A DNA stretch of 64,000 bases from Mobula hypostoma. Taxonomy: Eukaryota. The translations under genes were made by a program, and so were the position numbers. The stretch's first letter is position 1; each line of letters starts with the position of its first letter. Where the stretch lies: positions 5,458,001 to 5,522,000 of the forward strand of contig NC_086109.1 in the NCBI RefSeq assembly GCF_963921235.1. The letters run 5' to 3'. The notes beneath the pieces are model-generated. The model did not search any database and was not told the origin of the DNA. It was given only the letters and a program-made list of their open reading frames with translations. Below, piece by piece: positions 1 through 12,041 of this stretch.

Positions 1-264
1 GTGGCAAGTATCTGATTTCCGCAGAATTCCGCTTGAAGGTCCTGGTTTCCTTTCCGCCTGCCCACCTCCAGGACATTGTCTCTGAACAGAATTCTCTCCA
101 CTTGCACGACGTTGGATTTCACACGACTGCACTTGTGCCAGGCCTGTTATATTTGCATTGGCTGACAGCCAAGTCTACTCACTAAATGTCGATGGGAATT
201 GTTTTCAGCCAGCAAAAGTTTCAATGCACTGATAGGACAGATTCAGAATCAGATTTATTTACCA

Positions 265-301
265 CATGCTCAAAAGTCTGATGCACCCTAGCTACTGTAT
301 A

Positions 302-340
<39 letters not shown>

Positions 341-826
341 TGTGTGTGCCTAAGACTTTTGCGCTGTACTGTAGTGATTTTACGTATTGCACTGTACAGC
401 TGCCACAAACAAAAACAAAATTCCTGACGTATGTGGATGATGATAAACCTGATTCTGATTATGGATCTCGATTGCAGACTGAGAGTGGGAGAGGGCAGTG
501 GGAGGGGAGTCATGTTTGGGGAGGGGGAAGAGAGCAGGAGGAGACATTCTGTAATGATCAATACACTAATTGTTTGGAATCAAATGACCTTGGCTGGTGT
601 CTCAGGGCTGGGTGTGTCTGTACCTGTGCCCTCCCCCTGCCCCTGGCACTCCTCCTCTGCCACCTGTCTCACACCCCTCCCACGGCGCTCCACCCTCGCC
701 ATTCCCAATCTCCTTCGCTCCCGCCAGATTTACAAACTCGCTCTCCACTGCACGTTGACAAATACAGTATTGTCTTATCCACCCTAGCTACAGTATATAC
801 GTGCCCAGGACTTTGGTGTATACCGT
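265..826 (+). mobile_element. Composite non-autonomous element: Tc1-like palindromic mini-MITE + LINE-like 3' tail + ~300-bp body + second mini-MITE (copy 1), with a (TA)n tract at ~299-335
   Basis: GTGCCTAAGACTTTTGCGCTGTACTG-TA at 346-373. The body (TTGGAATCAAATGACCTTG...CCAGATTTACAAACTCGCTCTCC) recurs at 8190-8510, 20730-21040 and 54060-54340. Confidence 0.7.
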
Positions 827-2532
827 GCAATGCGTTGTTTGCATCAATAACCAACACACCCAAGATGATCTCGGAATGAAAGCAATGAAAGAAGGTGAGA
901 GGGATCTGGGAATACAATTCCATAATTCCGTGGAAGTGACTTCACAGGGAGATAGGGTCCTAGAGTGCTTTTGGCACATTGCCCTTCATAAATCAAAATA
1001 TTCCGGACAGGACTTGGGAAGTTGTTGAAGATATCGGCGAAGTCTAACTTGCAGTATTGCGCATAGTTTTGGTCACCTAGTTCAAGTTTCAAGGTTCAAG
1101 TTTATTTAACACATGTACATCAAAACATACAGTGAAATATGAGTTTTGCATTAATAACCAACACACCTCACATTCAGGAAATATCTCAGATAACACTGAA
1201 AGAATAAAGAAAAAGTATTACAAGTATGTTGCTTGATGACAAAGTTGAATAGGTTAGTAATTTATTCCCTGGAATATAGGAGAATGAGGGGAGATTTGAT
1301 ACTAAATTATGAGGGGTCTAGATAGGGTGAATGCAAGCAGGCTTTTTCCACTGAGGGTGGGTGGGACTACAACTAAAAGTGAACTAGAGGATCGGATACG
1401 GATGAAAGTGAAATATTGAAGGGAGTCCCTACTCAGACACCCAAAACACTGACAATTTTGCTTGCCCCATGCACACAGTTCCTTCAGCAGGTCCCTTCAT
1501 TCTGCCCACATTCATTCGCGGGGCTCAGGAAGTTTCCGGAATCTGAGTTCTGAGGAGCTTGCAACCCTGCAGAGAACTCAGCCTGTCACAAAGGCATCCG
1601 CTCTGAAATCCAGCCTTGCCCCGGGAATTCAGCCATTACATCAACCTGAAATATTCATCCGTGTCCCTCTCCGCAGAAGCTGCCCGATCTGTTGAGCACT
1701 TCAAGCCTTTCCTGTTTTTATTCCGAATTTTTTTTTTATTCTTTGCGATCTTCAAGTTCGCCCTCTGTTGTTGGAAAAATTCACAAGTGGTGAAGAGTTG
1801 GTTTACCGGAGTGAGACGGGACAATTGGGTGAGCAGAGCTGAAACAACAGTCTCTCACTCAACACCTGTAAAATTAAAGAGCAAGTTGCTGATCTCAGGA
1901 CAGGAGAGGAGGGTAAACCTGCACCACGCTACATTGGGGGAATCGACAGTGGAGAGAGAAGCACTGGCCTTAAATTCCTGGGTGTTGACATGTTGATTGA
2001 CCTGTCCTAACGGATTATTCATTGTGTGATCATACTTTGTCGGCATATATCATCTTTTATTAAGACTTTCACACTGTCAACTGCCAGGAATGTCAAACAG
2101 TGAAGGGGTGGTTAATTGGAAAAACTGAAATGCAAATTCTCCTTCTTATTATTCACATTTGAAATGGGCGGTGTAAAATTGGAACCTACTGCAGGTGGTA
2201 GTAGGAAGCAAGAAGCTCGAGCAAAGCCAGGCAGGGGCTCAGCACATCACGGAAGCCAGCCTCCCCCTCCACAGGCTCCTCTCACTGCCTCAGTGAGCCC
2301 AAATCAAAGACCCAGCCACCCGGAACATTCTCGCTCCTCCCCTCTTCCATCGGGCAGGAGGTGGAAGCCCCCGGATACACTTCACCTCCCCACCCCCATG
2401 CATTGCCACTTTACACTGACACTCCACACCTCATACCTGCACTGACACAGTCACTTACACAATACCCTAAGTGTGGCCTGACCAGTGTCTTATACCAGAC
2501 GCTGATGCAACCACTCAGCAACTCTCCACGGG

Positions 2533-3574
2533 ACATAGAAACATAGAAAATAGGTGCAGGAGTAGGCCATTCAGCCCTTCGAGCCTGCACCGGCATTCAG
2601 TATGATCATGGCTGATCATCCAACTCAGAACCCTGCACCTGCCTTCCCTCCATATCCTCTGATCCCCCTAGCCACAAGGGCCATATCTAACTCCCTCTTA
2701 AATATAGCCAATGAACTGGCCTCAACTGTTTCCTGTGGCAGAGAATTCCACAGATTCACCACTCTCTGTGTGAAGAAGTTTTTCCTCATCTTGGTCCTAG
2801 AAGGCTTCCCCTCTATCCTCAAATTGTGACCCCCTCGTTCTGGACTTCCCCAACATTGGGAACAATCTTCCTGCATCTAGCCTGTCCAATCCCTTTAGGA
2901 TTTTATACGTTTCAATAAGATTCCCCCTCAATCTTCTAAATTCCAGAGAGTACAAGCCTAGTCGATCCAGTCTTTCATCATATGAAAGTCCTGCCATCCC
3001 AGGAATCAATCTGGTGAACCTTCTTTGTATTCCCTCTATGGCAAGGATGTCTTTCCTCAGATTAGGGAACCAAAACTGCACACAATACTCCAGGTGTGGT
3101 CTCACCAAGGCCTTGTACAACTGCAGTAGTACCTCCCTGCTCCTGTATTCGAATCCTCTCGCTATAAATGCCAGCATACCATTCGCCTTTTTCACCGCCT
3201 GCTGTACCTGCATGCCCACTTTCAATGACTGGTGTATAATGACACCCAGGTCTCGTTGCACCTCCCCTTTTCCTAATCGGCCACCATTCAAATAATAATC
3301 TGTTTTCCTGTTCTTGCCACCAAAGTGGATAACCTCACATTTATCCACATTAAATTGCATCTGCCATGAATTTGCCCACTCACCCAACCTATCCAAGTCA
3401 CCCTACATCCTCTTAGCATCCTCCTCACAGCTAACACTGCTGCCCAGCTCCGTGTCATCCGCAAACTTGGAGATGCTGCATTTAATTCCCTCGTGTAAGT
3501 CATTAATATTTGTTGTAAACAACTGGGGTCGCAGCGCAGAGCCTTGCGGTACCCCACTAGTCACCGCCTGCCAT
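2533..3574 (-). mobile_element. 5'-truncated young CR1 LINE (C-terminal RT and 3' tail)
   Basis: ORFs 3403-3618, 2797-3396 and 2625-2876 (SGVPQGS, KFADD, LVRPHLEYCVQ) are nearly identical to the 12067-14469 ORF. ACATAGAA-repeat tail at 2533. Confidence 0.95.
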
Positions 3575-5042
3575 GGGACATCTGTAGAAACTTGCTGAAG
3601 TCTTTGGTAACTTAGCAAATCTCCTTGATCTTCTACTGAATTGCAGCCACTTGCGTGTCTCTATTTTGCATTTTGCTTTTTGTTTTGTTCTGTTACAGTT
3701 ATGTGTGGAATGATCTATCTGGCTGGCAGCTTTTCGCCCTGTCTCAGTGCTTGTCACTGTAATAAACCAATTTCCAGTCACCAAGTAGAACAAACTCAGC
3801 TCCTACCAGTCTTTTCTTCATAACTGAGGCGTCCAGCCCAGCCAACGTGCTGGTGGATCTCCTCCGCGCCGTCACACCCTTCCTGAAGAGATCCTGCAGA
3901 TGCTGGAAATATTGGGCAACGCACTCTAACGGGCTGCATCACCATCTGATATGGGAAGGGGAGACGGGGGGCCACTGCACAGGTTCACAGTGACCTGCAG
4001 AGAGCTGTAAACTCAGTCAGCTCCATCATGGCCACTGGCCTCCTCAGCATCCAGGACCTCTTCAAGGAGTGGAGCCTCAAAAGGTCTGCCATTAAGGACC
4101 TGGTAAGATGGGGGCCTGCACAGGTGCAGCGGCTCCTCGTGGGACAACCAAAGCTGCTTTTTTTCTCTCTGTTAAATGTATTTTTTACGATCTCAGGACG
4201 GTGCTGGGCTCCAACGGCTTTGGATGCTGCAGGTCTAGGCCATTAGTGAGCTGCTGTTGATCAGAAGAGCCGGCCGGGGTGTCCAGGGTGTCAGGGGAGC
4301 TGGCCAGTGTTTCAGAACTGGAGCCCGAGGAGTCGGACTGGGTTTGGATAAGCTGGCCTGGGCACAGACTGCGTTGCTGCCTGCTGCTCAAAGCCATTGG
4401 AGTTGGTGCCAGAAGGCGGCAAACGGTGTAACCATGGGCGATTGTCTCGGATCTGATTGCAAGACCCTGTCCGGACAGTGATAACGCTCGACGCTGGGGG
4501 CCTGTTTCCCTTGTTTGGCGGGACGACAGGCAGCATGGGAGCTGTGTGGTCTGGGTGGTAGCGGGGACAAGGCCTCGAGCCCAGAGGAGAGACGCCAAAG
4601 GCAGCGTAGCATGGCGTCTGTGCTTGGTTGGCGGGGTGTGGTGAGGCCTATACAACTGGTGCTGCCCTCCAGTGTCTGATCAGTGGAATGACAGGCTGGA
4701 TTGCAGTAGCTGTACACTGGTGGTAATCTGTAAAAACAACCTGCGGGACGTGTTGCTCGGGGTCTCGGACTAAATATCCGCTTATTTTTGCATGTCGATT
4801 TTTTTTTTTGCTCACTGCTTTGAATGTGCTGCGTATGTTTTGCACCTTGGCACCAGAATACGCTGTTTCATTCAGCTGTGTCCATGTATGGCTGAATGAT
4901 AATTAGAAGTGATTTTTAAAAAAAATAGATTTGATTAGGACATGCCCTTTTCTCACTGCTACCATCAGGGAGGAGGTACAGAAGCCTAAAGGCACACACT
5001 CAACGACTCAGGAACACCTTCCCCTCTGCCGTCCGATTTCTA

Positions 5043-5346
5043 ATAGGCATCCGTTAGTCTCGTGAGACCATGGATTTGCGCCTTGGAAGGTTTCCAGGGC
5101 GCAGGCCTGGGCAAGGTTGTATGGAAGACTGGCAGTTGCCCATGTTGCAAGTCTCCCCTCTCCACGCCACCGATGTTGCCCAAGGGAAGGGCATTGGGAC
5201 CCATACAGCTTGGCACCAGTGTCGTCACAGAGCAATGTGTGGTTAAGTGCCTTGCTCAAGGACACAACACGTTCCCTCGGCTGGGGCTCGAACTCACGAC
5301 CTTCAAATCACTAGACGAACGCCTTAACCACTTGGCCATGCGCCAC
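5043..5346 (-). mobile_element. tRNA-derived SINE with CORE-like segment, inserted in an old LINE 3' end
   Basis: The minus strand has A-box TGGCCAAGTGG, B-box GTTCGAGCC and GTGTCCTTGAGCAAGGCACTTAACC. Second copy at 47962-48265. Confidence 0.8.
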
Positions 5347-6179
5347 ATTCCTAAATGGACATTAAACCCATGAACACTACCTCACTACTTTTTTTGGATT
5401 ATCTTATTTAATTAAACATATCTTACTGTAATGCACAGATTTTATCATTATGTTGCCACATAACAACAAATTTCACAACATAAGCCGATGATATCAAACC
5501 TGATTTTGATTCTGAGAAACTCAGCAGGTCAGGCAGCATCTATGAAGGGAAATAACCAGTCGATGCTTCAGGCCGAGACCCCTCATTGGGACTGGAAAGG
5601 AAGAGAGCAGAAGCCAGAATAAGAAGGTGGGGAGAGAGGAAGGAGTACAAGCTGGCAGGTGATAGGTGAGACCAGGTGAGGGGGAAGATGGATGGGTGGG
5701 GGTGGGGATATGAAGCTGAGGCTGGCAAGTCCAGGAATGGAGGTCAGTCAGAACTTCAGATGTTGGATTTCAGCAGTCCCTGAGATCAGAGGTCAGACTA
5801 GGTCTGGACGTCGAAGGCTGAGAGCATGGGATCCTAATTCTGAGTTCCGTGGACCCCTTGCTTAATGGTGTTGGTCTATGGCATCAAAAAGGTTGGAAAC
5901 CCCTGGTCTAGATGTTGGAGGTCCAAAGGTGGCCTGTGCTGGGGTTGGAGGACCAAGACTGACAGGTCCAGAGGTCGGGATGTCCTGACATGTTAGGGGG
6001 TGTAGGAAGGGGCTTATTTTGCGGTTGTTGTGTCGGTCTTCTTGTATGTTGGCTGCGCGTTGGTCCACTGAACGTTATGTTGGCGTCAGGAAATGAGGAG
6101 GCACTTGTGGGCTGTTCCCAGCACATCCTCAGATTGTATCGGTTGCTAACGCAAACAACGCGTTTTGATTCTTAGTGGC

Positions 6180-6670
6180 GGATGCCACCGTCTTAAGGCA
6201 TCACCTGTTGAAGATGCCCTCGATGGAGGGGAGGTTTGTGCCCGTGATGGATCTGGCTGAGCCGACACCTCTGTACAGTCTCTTGGAGCTACCACACCAC
6301 GCACGATGCACGTCCTCCTCGGTACATCTGTAGAGACTTGCTAGAGTCTGTGGTGGTAGATTCATTCCCCTCAAGCTCCTGATGAGATGAGTCCACTGTC
6401 GCGTTCTTTGTAATTGCAGCAACGTGCTGGGCCCAGGATAGATCCCGAGAGGGGCTGACACCCAGGAACTCGCAGCTGCTCACCCTCTCACTGCTGACTC
6501 CTCGATGTGGACAGGTGTGTGTTCCCTCGACTTCCCCTTCCTGAAGTCCAGAATGAGTTTGCTGGTCTTGCTGCCAGTGAGTGCAAGGCCGTTGTTGCGA
6601 GCTGATCTACCTCACTCCTGTAGCCCTCCTCGTCACTATCTGAGATTATACCAGGAACAATGGTGTCACT
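6180..6670 (-). mobile_element. Old degraded Rex1/Babar-like LINE 3' fragment
   Basis: ORF 6201-6461 (LASLYRCT...SARSITGTNLPSIEGIF) resembles the Rex1-type ORF C-terminus seen many times in the window. Confidence 0.65.
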
Positions 6671-7439
6671 TACTCAAGGCATTTGTGGTATGTTGTAATG
6701 AATAACCTTAATGTAATAAATTCATTATATTCTCCTCTATCACAAGTGTGTTTAAAGCCTGTATGAAAAAATTCAAAGTAGATGGTACAGTCAGTGGGTG
6801 GAACGTGAATGCCACAGTTCCAGTGAGGGTTCTTCCACACTCTCACCAATTGAGTCAGAGTGCATGACAACATGAGCAACATAACCAGGTCACCCCAAGC
6901 CCAAGGCAAGCAAACAAAATCCTTCTCCTTCCCCGAACATTGCCCTGAAGGATCTGAGAGGGCCTGTTCTCTCGGTGCTGCTGTGAAAAGCTTTCGATGA
7001 TTTGGGGTGTGGAGAAGCCTGTGTGGGAGGCGTGTGTGATCTTGGTTAGAGAGGAGAATGGCATGCACCTCAACAGGTCGGACTAAGGAACACGCAAGTC
7101 ATTGTGAAGTGTTGCACAAAAAAAACATTGTTTCCGATGGATCAAAGCAGGAACACAAGGAAAAGCTGGAGTAGGCCGTTCGTCCCCTCCGTCCTGCTTT
7201 ATCATTTAATATAATTGCATCTGGGTTTTTTTCTTACATTCATCAGGTTCTTGAACTGACTTGAACTCTCTTTCAGCAGCAGAACTCGACAGATGACCTC
7301 TCGCACTATCATGGACTTCTCTCAGATTGTGTTTTCTTTTGTAATAATGTCTTGTAGTTTGTTTTGTAAAGTATAATTTATGTATGATTTATACTCTGTT
7401 TGAACCCACATACCCGAGACGCTGTTGCAAGCTTTTCTT

Positions 7440-7990
7440 TGTACCCGTGTCTCACTGTATCTGTACAGTGTACCTGTCCCTGTGTTTCACTGTAACTGTA
7501 CAGTGTACCTGTACCTGTGTCTCACTGTACCTGTACAGTGTACCTGTACCTGTGTTTCACTGTACCTGTACAGTGTACCTATACCTGTACCTCACTATAC
7601 CTGTACCCGCATCTCACTGTATCTGTACAGTGTACCTGTACCTGTGTTTCACTGTAACTGTACAGTGTACCTGTACCTGTGTCTCACTGTACCTGTACCT
7701 GTACAGTACCTATACCTGTACCTGTATCTCACTATACCTGTACCTGTGTCTCACTGTACCTGTACAGTGTACCTATACCTGTACCTGTATCTCACTATAC
7801 CTGTACCTGTGTCTCACTGTATCTGTACAGTGTACCTGTACCTGTGTTTCACTGTACCTGTACAGTGTACCTGTACCTGGGGTCTCACCATACCTGTACA
7901 GTGTGCCTGTACCTGTACCTGTGTCTCACTGTACCTGTGCTTCACTGTACCTGTACAGTGTACCTGTACCTGTGTCTCACTGTACCTGTG
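7440..7990. repeat. Complex CTGTAC-based micro/minisatellite
   Basis: Continuous permutations of CTGTAC/CTGTACAGTGTAC/CTGTGTCTCA, which explain the spurious Cys/Tyr-rich ORFs. Confidence 0.95.
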
Positions 7991-8135
7991 CACATGTCAA
8001 TAAACCTGACTTGAGTTCACTTTGCCTCAACTTTCCTGTACAAAAAACAAAACCTCATAATATCCAAGAGTGTACTCAGTGACTGAGTCCCTGAAAGGTA
8101 AGATAAAATAAGGTAGGCTTTATTTGTCACACATA

Positions 8136-8620
8136 TAGTACTATGTACATATATATAGCTAGGATGCCTAAGAGTTTTGCGTGGTACTGTACTTGTCAGT
8201 GTGGAGCAGAGAGTGAGTTTATAAATTTGGAGAGAGCAAAGGATGTTGGGATTGGCGAGGGTGGAGTGCTGTGGGAGGGGTGTGGGACAGGGGGCAGAGA
8301 AGGAGTGTCTGGTGGGGGGGTGGTGGTGTGGGTGCAGACACACCCACCCCTGAGACACCAGACAAGGTCATTTGATTTCGAACAATTGGTTTATTGATTG
8401 CTACAGAATGTCTCTCTGGTGCTTCCCACTCCCTCCCCTCTCCCTTCCCCTTTTCCCAACCATGATTCCCCTCTCCCTCCCCCTTCCCACTCTCAGTCCA
8501 CAATAGAGACTCAGCTCAGAATCAGGTTTATCATCACTCACATCGTGTCATGAAATTAGTTTTCTTTTGTGGCAGCTGGACAGTGCACTACATACAATTA
8601 CTACAGGACTGTGCAAAAGT
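8136..8620 (-). mobile_element. Composite Tc1-mini-MITE element (copy 2)
   Basis: TGCCTAAGAGTTTTGCGTGGTACTG-TA at 8165-8191, reverse-oriented body and LINE-like tail, then TACAGGACTGTGCAAAAGT at 8602-8620. Confidence 0.7.
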
Positions 8621-9276
8621 GGGAACCGGAGTATCCGGAAAAAACCCTCGTACAGACTCCTTACAGATACCGTCAGAATTGAACCCCAAACTCTGACACC
8701 CTGAGGAGCCGTGATAGCGTCACGCTGACCACTACGAAGGCTTATTCTGGCGCCTTCCCCTGCCCTTCCCAGTCCCGAAGAAGGGTCTCGGCGCGAAACG
8801 TTGACGGTTTGGTCATTTCCATGGATGCTGCCTGACCTGCTGAGTTCCTCCAGTACATTGCACGTGTTGCCATCAAACACTCTATACACAGTTTCAAATT
8901 AAAATGCCATTATTACTGTTTACAACACACTCCAGCCCCTGAGGGGAATTTTTACTCATCTCGGTCTTGAGCAATGAAGCAAACTATGTGAGTGTGAGAC
9001 TCCCAGTTGTAGATACTACAGCAAGGGGAATTAACATCTCCCGATCTACCCTGTCAAGCCCACCAAGAATTCTGATGCTTAGTGGGATCACCTCTCGGCC
9101 CTCTAAACTATAGGCCCAATCTGCACCGACAAAGCCACTATCCCTGAATCAGTCTTGTGGCTCTTTGCTGAACTCCCCCCATCACAACACAGGTTGTGAG
9201 TCCAGATACCACTCTCCTCTACAGTGAAACCTATCCAAAATTGAAAGGCCTGGATGGAGTGGCCCCCCAATACATC

Positions 9277-9556
9277 CACAACCTTGTCATGGGGTCTGGA
9301 GACTCGATGACCTGGAGTCAGGCAGGGCCTTGTGCTTTGGCTCTTGGCGGGATCACCCATGCCAAACAGGTCAAAGGTCAGAGGCCAGACCAAGAGTGGT
9401 TCACCGGGGTTTCAGCTCAGGGCTAACAACCCCGACTGGCCAAAAACAAATTGTTACGGAAACAGCAGTGAAGAATCCTTCCGTACAGACAGAGATGGAG
9501 GACCTGCATTGCTGCCCTAAACACCCGAGGCATAACGGCAGCAGGAAAAGTAAGTA
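9277..9556 (+). mobile_element. Short non-autonomous RTE-derived element (structured 5' head + RTE 3' tail)
   Basis: The tail CAGACAGAGATGGAGGACCTGCATTGCTGCCCTAAACACC...AAGTAAGTA matches the reverse complement of the RTE 3' end at 60716-60780. The head is shared with 42340-42475. Confidence 0.7.
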
Positions 9557-10944
9557 GATAGAGTAGACATTGAGGGGATGTTTCCTATAGTGGAGGAAAC
9601 TAGGACCAGAAGGCACAGCTTCAGAACTTAGAACAGAAATGAGGAGGAATTTCTTTAGCCAGAGGGTGGTTAATTTTACATATTTATATATTTATTGAGA
9701 TACAACGCTGAATAGGCCCTTCCCGGCCTTTGAGCTGTGCCACCCAGCAATCCCCCGATTAAATCCAAGCCAATTTACAATGACCAATTGACCTACCAAT
9801 CAGTGTGTCTTTGGACTGTGGGAGGAAACTGGAGCTCCCAGAGGAAACCCACCTGGTCACAGGGAGAACGTACAAAGTCCTTACAGTCAGCGGCAGGTGG
9901 AGAGTCTGTGGAATTCATTGCCACAGATAGCTGTGGGGCTAAGTCACTGGATATATTTAAAGCGGAGAGTCACAGGCTCTTGATTAGTCAGGACATCAAA
10001 GGTTGTGGGGAGGTGATAGGGGAATGGGAGTAAGAGAGATAATGAATCATCCTTCCACATATACCATGAAATTCAGATACTCCCCAGAGCCCAGCAGCCC
10101 AGGGCAGCACAGTAACATAGTCATTAGTGTAAATGTAAATCAGTTCTGGTGAAGACGATGAAGAGTATTGGCCCGAAACATCGGCTCGTTATTCCTTTCC
10201 ATAGATGCTGCCTGACCTGCTGAGTTCCTCCAGCGTTTTGTGTGCTCCTTAAAAACAGAGCTTTATTTTGCTTTCTCAAATATTTATCTAGCTCCCTCCT
10301 GAGACCCTCTTGAACTCTTGTCCACACCACACTAGACAATGCATTCGAAATACCAGCCACTGAATCCTGTGGTCTGACATGGGGCCATTCAGCCCCATTA
10401 CTTCTGGAGGTAGCTCGATGAACATGGGGTTAAGCAGTTGTTTCCAATTGCAAAGAGCATCGAGAGCTCAATTATCCCTGCGAGGTTGGAAAACTTCCCT
10501 GCAATCCACAGGAATGTTCTAATTAGTTTAAGATGGGAAGTAATTAAGTAGAAATTCAGTTCCCAGGCCCAAACTACCCACTGAACGCCGTGAAAACAAA
10601 CTAACCCACACAAAATGCTGGAGGGACTTTTAAGATGCTTGGAAGCAGTTACAGAGGTGATGTCAGGGGTGAGTTGTTCACACAGAGAGTGCTGGGTGCA
10701 TAGAATGCACTGAAGGCGGTAGAGACAGATACAATAGGGTCTTCTAAGAGACCCTTAGACAGGTGCATGGAGCTTAGGAAAATAGAGGGCAATATGGTCA
10801 GGAAATTATAGGCAGCTTCTAGAGTAGGTTACATGGTCAGCACAACATTGTGGGCTGAAGGGCCTGTAATGTGCTGTAGATTTCTATGTTCTATGTTCTA
10901 GGAACTCAGCAGGTCAGGCAGCATCTGTGGAGAGAAATAAAGTG

Positions 10945-11178
10945 TGTATTTAATATTTCAGTAATATTGGAATAATCTTGTAAATATATTGTTGATTAAG
11001 CATTCTTTGTTTGTTTAAATAATTCATTATAGGTTATATGTAAAAATAAGTGAATTAGATACCTCATGACACTACTACGTGATACATGCACATCTTGCTT
11101 TAAGTAAAAACAAAGCACATTACTTGGCTCCCGGCTCTCTCGTTTTCCTTTCAGTTGGTTTAAAGCTTTAAGGTTACA
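10945..11178. mobile_element. Short solo-LTR-like element (~234 bp)
   Basis: TGTA...TTACA termini, near-TSD AAGTG/AAATG and internal AGTAAA. A related inverted copy lies at ~26464-26670. Confidence 0.45.
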
Positions 11179-12041
11179 AAATGCAGCATAAAGAGTCGAA
11201 GTTTCGGGCTGAGACCCTTCATCGGGACTGGAACGGAAGGGGGAAGTCACCAGAGTAAGAAGGTGGGGGGGGGAGTACAAGCTGGGGAGTGGTGGGTGAG
11301 ACCAGGTGAGGGGGAAGGTGGGTGGGGGGGAGGGGAAGGGATACAAGCTGGCGAGTGCTAGGTGAGACCAGGTGAGGGGAAAGGGATACAAGCTGGTGGG
11401 TGCTGGGTGAGACCAGGAGAGGGGGAAGGTGGGTAGGAGGGTGTTTATGGAAACAAACTGTTATGAATCAGGGTAAATGATCAAAACGTTGCACTGATTT
11501 CAGATGTGAGCATTTTTATTCCTAAAATGCCCAGATGACATTTCTCTTGGACATCAGGAATAAGGTCATCCCATTGCATACCACTTCCCCGAACAGGTTT
11601 TAATTTACATCTGAATAAACTTTATTCGTAATGAAAAATTATTTGCAAGAATAAACTGCACAATGTCTTTCCATTCTTACATCCATAATCAATGCATTAA
11701 GTTGTGTCCTGTTACATTCCAGAAAACCAAGAGGACTGCAGCCACTTGCTACAATAATGTAGAACGACACCTCTTTCACTGGGACACCATGGGGATTCTG
11801 GCACAGGCAAGCACAAGTATTTTTAGAAGCATGTTTCTCTTCTAATAACTCAGTAAACAAACGTATCAAAATAGACGCCATCTACTAACCCATAAGAGCC
11901 AAAGAAATGTGAGCCAAAAGAATTCAAAGGTCAACTGAAGGGGTGGCCAGTCAGAACTGAGGCAAGTAAAAGGGGGCCTATATAAAGGCAAGCACTCCCA
12001 GAGAGAAACACCATCAACTGTTCACTGACTGGTGATGAAAC

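Noticed and set aside
7384..8082. Cys/Tyr-rich metallothionein- or keratin-associated-like ORFs
   Set aside because: Translations of the CTGTAC satellite in all frames.
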